In this document: positions 1 through 4,133 of the stretch, in pieces
Layout of the letters: every line of letters starts with the position of its first letter
How positions within the stretch are numbered: position 1 is the first letter of the stretch
DNA from: a virus
Direction: 5' to 3' (one strand)
DNA: 5,601 bases
Virus record (IMG/VR): IMGVR_UViG_3300030397_000042
Coordinates: 1-5,601 of that record
Notes under the pieces: model-generated
Database searches by the model: none
What the model was told of the DNA's origin: nothing
What the model saw: only the letters and a program-made list of their open reading frames with translations
Program-made: the position numbers and the translations under genes

Positions 1-123
1 TGGGTTTACGAAGTCCTTTGTGGAGCATGGTGTAGTTATTGGGCTTGTGAATGTTCGTGGTGACATTACTTATAGTCAAGGAATTGAGCGGTACTTTACG
101 AAGCAGACTAGGTATGATTTTTA
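1..123. repeat. Terminal direct redundancy, copy 1 (identical to 5479-5601). It marks a circular 5478-nt molecule.
   Basis: Base-by-base comparison shows 1-123 and 5479-5601 are identical (123/123). The offset is 5478, a multiple of 3, so the VP1 reading frame is continuous across the junction. Confidence 0.97.
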
Positions 124-511
124 CTATCCTGTTTTGGCTCAAATTGGTGAGCAGGCTGTTTTGAATCAGGAAATCTGGTACAATAATAGTCCGGGTACTG
201 GTGCGAGTAATGATCAAGGCGTGTTTGGTTATCAAGAGCGTTATGCTGAGTATCGGTATAAGCCGTCGCGGTTGACTAACCTGATGCGTGTTGATGCTGC
301 TGGTACATTGGCGAGTTGGCATTTGTCAGAGGATTTTGCTACGTTGCCTACTTTGGGTGCTACGTTCATTGAAAGTAATACTGGTGTTCCTTTGGATCGT
401 GCTTTACAGATTCCGAGTGAGCCGCATTTTATTTTCGATGCGTATTTTGATCTACAGTGTGCTCGGCCAATGCCGTTGTTTGGTGTTCCGGGTAATTTGG
501 ATCATTTCTAA
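1..511 (+). CDS. VP1: Major capsid protein VP1, 3' (C-terminal) part. It continues from 4391-5478 across the circular junction.
   Basis: The frame (codon starts 2, 5, 8...) is open from the window start to TAA 509-511, and it is the same frame as 4391-5601. The track ORF 20..511 is only the piece downstream of an internal GTG. The sequence ...[22 protein letters not shown]...[27 protein letters not shown] has the pattern of gokushovirus VP1 C-termini. Confidence 0.95.
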   Translation, partial: GFTKSFVEHGVVIGLVNVRGDITYSQGIERYFTKQTRYDFYYPVLAQIGEQAVLNQEIWYNNSPGTGASNDQGVFGYQERYAEYRYKPSRLTNLMRVDAAGTLASWHLSEDFATLPTLGATFIESNTGVPLDRALQIPSEPHFIFDAYFDLQCARPMPLFGVPGNLDHF

Positions 512-1176
512 TGTCTGCGGGTGCGTGGGGACTGGCTGGTACTGCTCTAGGTGGTATTATGGGCTTTGCTGGTCAGAATGCTGCGAATCGTGCTAATGAA
601 AGATTGGCTCAGAAGCAGATGGATTTTCAGATGGCTATGTCTAATACTGCGGTGAGGCGTAGAATGGCTGATCTAAAAGCGGGTGGTATTAATCCGATTT
701 TGGCCGGTACATTCGATGCTAGTACTCCTGCGGGTGCTATGGCCGTCCATGGAAATGCTGGTGCTGCTGGAGTTACAGGTGCCCAGATGGGTGCTAGTAC
801 TGGTCGTGATGTCGTTACTTTGGGTGCTGACCTGAAGGCGATTGAAGAGCGTGCTAATCTTAGTAAGAAGCAGGCAGATGCGTTAGGTTTGATTGCGGAG
901 GCCAGTTCTAATGCTGCTGAGTTGCTTGGTTATTTATTGGATCGAGTTAAAGAAGGTCAAATGACTGAAATGGACGTTGATAATATGCTTGAATTTACGA
1001 GTGACAGTGTTAAAGGCTGGGCTCGTGGAATTCTGGATGATGTCCGTGAGAAGATAAATAATACTGGTGATGCTATTGCCGATTGGTATTCTGGCTCTGG
1101 CCGTGATCGACGTAATAATGGTCCTAATTGGTGGCGTGATAAAGACGGTACTATACATTTTGAGGTGCAGAAATGA
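511..1176 (+). CDS. VP2: Minor capsid / DNA pilot protein VP2 (phiX174 H analogue), 221 aa
   Basis: ATG 511 overlaps the VP1 stop (TAATG). The N-terminus is Gly/Ala-rich, followed by the block [33 protein letters not shown]. This resembles the conserved MxFQ..MSNTA.QR...DL..AG.NP.L motif of gokushovirus VP2. It occupies the canonical position right after VP1. Confidence 0.85.
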   Translation: MSAGAWGLAGTALGGIMGFAGQNAANRANERLAQKQMDFQMAMSNTAVRRRMADLKAGGINPILAGTFDASTPAGAMAVHGNAGAAGVTGAQMGASTGRDVVTLGADLKAIEERANLSKKQADALGLIAEASSNAAELLGYLLDRVKEGQMTEMDVDNMLEFTSDSVKGWARGILDDVREKINNTGDAIADWYSGSGRDRRNNGPNWWRDKDGTIHFEVQK

Positions 1177-1715
1177 GTATGAAAGAAGTGGTGCGTGTTG
1201 TTGACGAAAAGGGTAAAAAGTCCCTTGCGTTTAAGCGCATTGTTAAAAAGAAAGACTATAGTGATGGTATGACCAAACAGGCTTTTGCTGATAGTTGTGA
1301 TATTAATAAGATGCTGAATAAAGCGCAACAGACTGGATCGTTGGCGCATTTGATGAAGTATCCGGAAGCCGTGTATGGTGAGTTCGATGGTGAGTTTTCG
1401 TTGTTAGATGCTCAACAGAGAATTCAGAGAGCTAATGAAATCTTTGCAGATGCCCCTTCTGAAATCAGAAGGGAGTTTGATAATGATGCATTGAAGTTCG
1501 TTAGGTTCGCTGGTGATCCCGCTAATAATGATAAGCTGCGGGATATTTTCCCAGCGTTGGCTGCTCCGGGGTCGTTTTTCCCGAATCCGGTGCAGCGGGG
1601 AGGCGTAGGAGCGGGTGCTGCTACTGCTCCTGCGGGTAGTGGTGAGCCGGGTAGTCCTCCACCGGCTCCTGCTGGTGACACCCCACCTGAGGGGGGTGTC
1701 AGTGCGCCAGACTGA
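1173..1715 (+). CDS. VP3: Internal scaffolding protein VP3, 180 aa, with an unusual Pro/Gly/Ala-rich C-terminal tail
   Basis: ATG 1173 overlaps the VP2 stop (ATGA). GAGG at 1162-1165 lies 7 nt upstream. The block [21 protein letters not shown] matches the conserved 'ECDIN' region of gokushovirus VP3. It occupies the canonical position after VP2. Stop is TGA 1713-1715. Confidence 0.8.
   Translation: MSMKEVVRVVDEKGKKSLAFKRIVKKKDYSDGMTKQAFADSCDINKMLNKAQQTGSLAHLMKYPEAVYGEFDGEFSLLDAQQRIQRANEIFADAPSEIRREFDNDALKFVRFAGDPANNDKLRDIFPALAAPGSFFPNPVQRGGVGAGAATAPAGSGEPGSPPPAPAGDTPPEGGVSAPD
1298..1309 (+). other. Candidate (+)-strand rolling-circle origin core: TGATATTAATAA, identical to the phiX174 nick-site core
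   Basis: 1298-1309 reads TGATATTAATAA. The phiX174-group 30-nt origin is CAACTTG/ATATTAATAACACTATAGACCAC, where the gene A protein nicks between G and A. The 12 nt spanning the nick are identical. Here they encode C-D-I-N-K within VP3. Confidence 0.3.
1677..1700 (+). other. GC-rich stem-loop (8-bp stem) inside the VP3 3' end
   Basis: gacacccc (1677-1684) pairs with ggggtgtc (1693-1700). The loop is acctgagg. Confidence 0.6.
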
Positions 1716-1736
1716 TATCAAGTAGACAGTCTGGCG
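1705..1736 (+). other. Stem-loop (10-bp GC-rich stem, 12-nt AT-rich loop) spanning the VP3 stop codon
   Basis: cgccagactg (1705-1714) pairs with cagtctggcg (1727-1736). The loop is atatcaagtaga. The VP3 TGA (1713-1715) sits at the stem/loop border. Confidence 0.65.
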
Positions 1737-1740
1737 GCGG

Positions 1741-1770
1741 AAAGGGGCACCTGATGGTGCCCCTTTTTTG
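1741..1770 (+). terminator. Rho-independent terminator closing the VP8-to-VP3 transcription unit
   Basis: aggggcacc (1743-1751) pairs perfectly with ggtgcccct (1756-1764) around loop tgat. A T run follows at 1764-1769 (tttttt, then g), and an aaa upstream can extend the stem. Confidence 0.75.
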
Positions 1771-1784
1771 TGTGATAGTTTCGC

Positions 1785-1804
1785 GGTCCCGCTTAGGCGG
1801 GACC
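1785..1804 (+). other. GC-rich stem-loop (8-bp stem, tetraloop)
   Basis: ggtcccgc (1785-1792) pairs with gcgggacc (1797-1804) around loop ttag. It is followed by aaaag, not a T tract. Confidence 0.6.
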
Positions 1805-1844
1805 AAAAGATTGCTTGGCATGAAAGTAAGCAAGGTTCGTGCCA

Positions 1845-1870
1845 ATTTAACATTCGGTATTATGCGAAAG
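1845..1870 (-). other. dif-like XerC/XerD recombination site candidate (possible attP for Xer-mediated lysogeny)
   Basis: The reverse complement of 1845-1870 is CTTTCGCATAA-TACC-GAATGTTAAAT. E. coli dif is GGTGCGCATAA-TGTATA-TTATGTTAAAT. The XerC arm shares T at position 3 plus the contiguous CGCATAA (8/11 overall). The XerD arm shares a contiguous ATGTTAAAT (9/11). The arms lie 2 nt closer than the canonical 11-6-11 layout. The site is in noncoding DNA. Confidence 0.5.
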
Positions 1871-1873
1871 TTC

Positions 1874-1901
1874 TTGCAATTGCTAATGATAAGCGTACAA
1901 T
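1874..1901 (+). promoter_or_regulatory. Sigma70-like promoter for the small-ORF cassette
   Basis: TTGCAA (1874-1879), a 16-nt spacer, then TACAAT (1896-1901). It lies about 14 nt upstream of the AGGAGG at 1915-1920. The -35 element overlaps the 8-bp palindrome gcaattgc (1876-1883). Confidence 0.4.
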
Positions 1902-1927
1902 GGGTGCTGTGTTTAGGAGGACTTGTA

Positions 1928-2095
1928 ATGATGCAGTTTCACGTTGAAGTAAGTGAAGATGGTGCCCAAGTTAATACCCGTGTTGAACTGCGGGGTACTG
2001 CTTGGGAAGTTATGGAGTTCCTGCAAACGGTGCGGGATACTCTGGATAATACAATTGATGACCTCGAACGAGGTGAAGGACGGGTAATACAATGA
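1928..2095 (+). CDS. Hypothetical small acidic protein, 55 aa
   Basis: A perfect SD (AGGAGG, 1915-1920) lies 7 nt before ATG 1928 (ATGATG). Product: MMQFHVEVSEDGAQVNTRVELRGTAWEVMEFLQTVRDTLDNTIDDLERGEGRVIQ, with 12 D/E against 5 K/R. The track's longer form from 1754 would run through the terminator, a hairpin and the dif-like site, so the short form is preferred. No family was recognised. Confidence 0.6.
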   Translation: MMQFHVEVSEDGAQVNTRVELRGTAWEVMEFLQTVRDTLDNTIDDLERGEGRVIQ

Positions 2096-2292
2096 GTAAT
2101 GAAGCTCTGATTAATGCTCTTGCGAAAGAGGAATCTAAGTTGGTTCGTCAGGAAGAGAACCATGAAGCGTCGAAGGCCGTGGTTGCCGTGATTGGTGATT
2201 CGGCTAAAGAAGCTAAGAAGCGTGATAAACAGCTAGAAGATATTGCGCAGACTAAGAAGAATATCGCTGCTCTTAAGAAAGCGATTAAATAG
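2092..2292 (+). CDS. Hypothetical lysine-rich helical (coiled-coil-like) protein, 66 aa
   Basis: ATG 2092 overlaps the upstream TGA (ATGA), which suggests translational coupling. The composition is A/K/E-rich with few helix breakers, 14 K/R against 11 D/E. It ends in three consecutive in-frame TAG codons (2290-2298). No family was recognised. Confidence 0.55.
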   Translation: MSNEALINALAKEESKLVRQEENHEASKAVVAVIGDSAKEAKKRDKQLEDIAQTKKNIAALKKAIK

Positions 2293-2321
2293 TAGTAGCG
2301 TCCTGCTGCTGCTGGCCTGAA

Positions 2322-2343
2322 CCGGGGGGAGATGTACCCCCGG
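2322..2343 (+). other. GC-only stem-loop (7-bp stem)
   Basis: ccggggg (2322-2328) pairs with cccccgg (2337-2343). The loop is gagatgta. Confidence 0.55.
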
Positions 2344-2361
2344 GGATGGCCTTGTGGCGCG

Positions 2362-2387
2362 CCAAAATCGCCGTGTGGCGATTTTGG
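2362..2387 (+). other. Perfect 11-bp stem-loop with tetraloop
   Basis: ccaaaatcgcc (2362-2372) pairs with ggcgattttgg (2377-2387) around loop gtgt. A G7 run follows rather than a T tract, so it is not a canonical terminator on either strand. Confidence 0.7.
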
Positions 2388-2397
2388 GGGGGAAGGA

Positions 2398-2446
2398 GTA
2401 CCATAGCCACCTGGAGTCGCTGCGCTCCTCTAGGCGGCTCTGGTAC
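2398..2446 (+). other. Long imperfect stem-loop (14-bp outer stem with 2 mismatches, 4-bp inner stem); weak terminator candidate
   Basis: gtaccatagccacc (2398-2411) pairs with ggcggctctggtac (2433-2446) at 12 of 14 positions. The inner pair is ggag (2413-2416) with ctcc (2425-2428). It is followed by a-tttt (2447-2451). Confidence 0.55.
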
Positions 2447-2472
2447 ATTTTAATGATGAAAGTCAAAAGACT

Positions 2473-2499
2473 CGCCCTACCCCTGATCGGGGTAGGGCG
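2473..2499 (+). other. Perfect 11-bp GC-rich stem-loop just upstream of the lipoprotein RBS
   Basis: cgccctacccc (2473-2483) pairs with ggggtagggcg (2489-2499) around loop tgatc. It ends 7 nt before GAGG 2507-2510. Confidence 0.7.
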
Positions 2500-2518
2500 T
2501 AAAAGCGAGGAAAGAGTT

Positions 2519-2710
2519 ATGAAGAAATTGGGAATAATATTAGTGACATTTTGTTTGTCCGGATGCGGTGCGATCAGTGCTACTAGTTTGCGTTGTGGTA
2601 CTGACGGTGATGATAGCTATGTAGAGTTGGTAAGCGCTCCACAAAATGTTGGTAGTAATGGGAGGGTAATTAGTGAAATCTGTGCGTTTGCGTATGATCG
2701 AGAAACTTGA
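2519..2710 (+). CDS. Small predicted lipoprotein, 63-aa precursor and 47-aa mature form
   Basis: GAGG (2507-2510) lies 8 nt before ATG 2519. The N-terminus MKKLGIILVTFCLSGC has a basic n-region, a hydrophobic core and the lipobox L-S-G-C (Cys16). Gly is at +2. The mature part is hydrophilic with two further Cys (C26, C55). The track's 118-aa form from 2354 would run through three hairpins and is rejected. Confidence 0.65.
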   Translation: MKKLGIILVTFCLSGCGAISATSLRCGTDGDDSYVELVSAPQNVGSNGRVISEICAFAYDRET

Positions 2711-2817
2711 GGACATGCTGGATTTGAATATTCGGCGTGAGTTTCGTATCCATGCTACTAAGTGGGATGCGATTAAGTGTATGGCTAGAAGTTTGTATTA
2801 TGAAGGAGTAAACAGAA

Positions 2818-2934
2818 ATGAAAAGGCGTAGTATGAGTGGTAGTGGTTCTCGTAGTTATTTTACGGCTACTGCTAGTAAGACTCATTATAAGAATATTAA
2901 GCCGCGTCCGATGCGTGGTGGTATTCGTTTGTAA
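2818..2934 (+). CDS. VP8: Small basic DNA-binding / packaging protein VP8 (phiX174 J analogue), 38 aa
   Basis: This ORF is too short to appear in the supplied track. AAGGAG (2803-2808) lies 9 nt before ATG 2818, and the stop is TAA 2932-2934. Product: MKRRSMSGSGSRSYFTATASKTHYKNIKPRPMRGGIRL, with 10 K/R and no D/E. The C-terminal KN...RPMRGG.R. signature is typical of gokushovirus ORF8/VP8. It sits directly upstream of VP4. Confidence 0.8.
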   Translation: MKRRSMSGSGSRSYFTATASKTHYKNIKPRPMRGGIRL

Positions 2935-2937
2935 GAA

Positions 2938-3954
2938 ATGGGCTGCGATAGTCCGTTGAAGGGATATAAGTGTCGTGAGACTGGTGGATTGGTTTTCAAA
3001 AAAGAGCAAAGTTTCGGAGAAAAAATGGATGTTGCGTGTGGTTCTTGTCTTGGCTGTAGGCTTGATTATAGTCGGATGTGGGCTATGCGAATTACTCACG
3101 AAGCGAGTCTGTATGAATTTGGTAGAGGCAATGCTTTTGTTACTTTAACGTATAGGGATAAGATGGAAGCTAGTCTTGAACAGTTGGAGAATCGTAAATA
3201 TATTCCTGATGATTGGAGTTTGCACCCTGAGCATATGACGTTGTTCCTGAAGCGTCTGCGGAAAGCGTATCCTGAAACTAATATTAGATTTTTTTATGCT
3301 GGGGAATACGGTCGTAGATGTAAGCATGGAATTGACGTTAAGCGTGTGGGGTGTCCTATCTGTAAGGTGGGGCGCCCCCATTTTCATGTGTGCTTGTTTA
3401 ATTTTGCTTGTGATGACTTGGAAGCGTATGCTAGTGACGGTGGAGTTATTAGAAAGACGTCTAAGAAGCTGGAAAAGATTTGGGGATATGGCTTTGTGGA
3501 TGTCGGTGAACTTAATTTTGCTAGTGCTAGTTATACTGCGGGTTATGTCTTGAAAAAGGTGCGTGGTCCTGTGGCTGATGATCATTATATGAACTTTGAT
3601 ATGGAGACGGGTGAAGTGATTTATTTGACTCCTGAGTTTGTGCGAATGTCGAGAGGCAATGCGAAGTATAAAGGTCAGAGGTGTGGGATTGGTGCCGGGT
3701 GGTATGAGAAGTACAAGGATGATGTTTTCCCTAGTGGTATGGTTCCGGTGCCGGGTAAAGGTGTAGTGCCGGGAGTGCCGCGTTATTATGATGAAATATT
3801 GAAGGAAGAGAACCCTGCGAGGTACGAAGAAATGCGTGAAGTGCGGGAGACTTATAGAAGGGAACATGCTGATGAATATACTGCTGAAAGATTGGAGACT
3901 AAACATAAGTGTAAAAAAGCGAGATTAAATATGTTTGAAAAGAGGTATTTATGA
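2938..3954 (+). CDS. VP4: Replication initiation protein VP4 (HUH rolling-circle endonuclease, phiX174 A analogue), 338 aa
   Basis: It carries an N-terminal CGSCLGCRLDYSRMWAMR block, motif 1 FVTLTY, the HUH motif GRPHFHVCLF (H-F-H at 3379-3387), and the double-Tyr motif SYTAGYVLKK (YxxxY..K). Confidence 0.95.
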   Translation: MGCDSPLKGYKCRETGGLVFKKEQSFGEKMDVACGSCLGCRLDYSRMWAMRITHEASLYEFGRGNAFVTLTYRDKMEASLEQLENRKYIPDDWSLHPEHMTLFLKRLRKAYPETNIRFFYAGEYGRRCKHGIDVKRVGCPICKVGRPHFHVCLFNFACDDLEAYASDGGVIRKTSKKLEKIWGYGFVDVGELNFASASYTAGYVLKKVRGPVADDHYMNFDMETGEVIYLTPEFVRMSRGNAKYKGQRCGIGAGWYEKYKDDVFPSGMVPVPGKGVVPGVPRYYDEILKEENPARYEEMREVRETYRREHADEYTAERLETKHKCKKARLNMFEKRYL

Positions 3955-4133
3955 ATGTATGGAGGGCGTACGAAAAAGAAGGAGATGGAATCTATGTCCC
4001 GAGATGTAGTAAGTGTGGGACGTTTAAGGAGCCTTTGCATGTGCATTGGTTTTTCACGGGTTTGTATTGTAGGAATTGCGTGCAATATAAACTTTATGAT
4101 GATTGTAGGACTTTGGAGGATATAAAGAAATGA
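3951..4133 (+). CDS. Hypothetical zinc-ribbon protein, 60 aa (CxxC-x17-CxxC)
   Basis: ATG 3951 overlaps the VP4 TGA (ATGA), and its own TGA overlaps the VP5 ATG (ATGA). AGAGG (3941-3945) lies 5 nt upstream. The four Cys are C19, C22, C40 and C43, in ...PRCSKCGTFKEPLHVHWFFTGLYCRNCVQ... Confidence 0.6.
   Translation: MNVWRAYEKEGDGIYVPRCSKCGTFKEPLHVHWFFTGLYCRNCVQYKLYDDCRTLEDIKK

Noticed and set aside
288-596. Hydrophobic overlapping + strand ORFs embedded out of frame in core genes: 288..596 in VP1/VP2, 3296..3553 in VP4, and 4563..4748 and 5235..5513 in VP1. These were considered as phiX174 E-like embedded lysis genes.
   Set aside because: The L/V/F/C/W-rich composition is what the +1/+2 frames of T-rich codons produce automatically. 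Three of the four start at GTG or TTG. None has a credibly spaced SD (5235 has GAGG only 1 nt away, and 3296 follows a T run). An embedded lysis gene cannot be excluded without comparative data, but nothing here supports one.
1754-2095. The long 113-aa version of the first small ORF (ATG 1754), and an intermediate start at ATG 1820 that would add a TM-like N-terminus (FLQLLMISVQWVLCLGGLVMM).
   Set aside because: The extension would be translated through the terminator stem, the 1785-1804 hairpin, the dif-like site and the promoter. Neither upstream ATG has an SD, whereas ATG 1928 has a perfect AGGAGG at 7 nt. The hydrophobic stretch is probably a T-rich-frame artefact. The 1820 start remains a minor possibility.
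2290-2310. A triple in-frame stop TAGTAGTAG followed by the GCT/CTG triplet run (gtcctgctgctgctgg) after the 66-aa ORF. This was considered as a sign of TAG readthrough, recoding or a microsatellite.
   Set aside because: All other genes end in single TAA or TGA and none contains an in-frame TAG, so there is no evidence of stop-codon reassignment. Three-unit repeats are too short to call a microsatellite. It is noted only as a curiosity.
2354-2518. N-terminal extension of the lipoprotein ORF (track ORF 2354..2710, 118 aa).
   Set aside because: The extension starts at a non-ATG codon and runs through three strong hairpins. It would bury the signal peptide 55 residues inside the protein. The internal ATG 2519 has a proper SD and yields a canonical lipoprotein precursor.
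2715-2831. A 38-aa ORF (MLDLNIRREFRIHATKWDAIKCMARSLYYEGVNRNEKA) filling the gap between the lipoprotein gene and VP8 and overlapping the VP8 start. Weak promoter-like hexamers were also noted here (TTGAAT-17-TATCCA at 2724-2752, TTAAGT-17-TATTAT at 2773-2801).
   Set aside because: The only SD-like GAGG is 2 nt from the ATG, which is too close. The ORF is short and has no recognisable features. The promoter hexamers are weak matches in AT-rich sequence. Neither could be supported from sequence alone.
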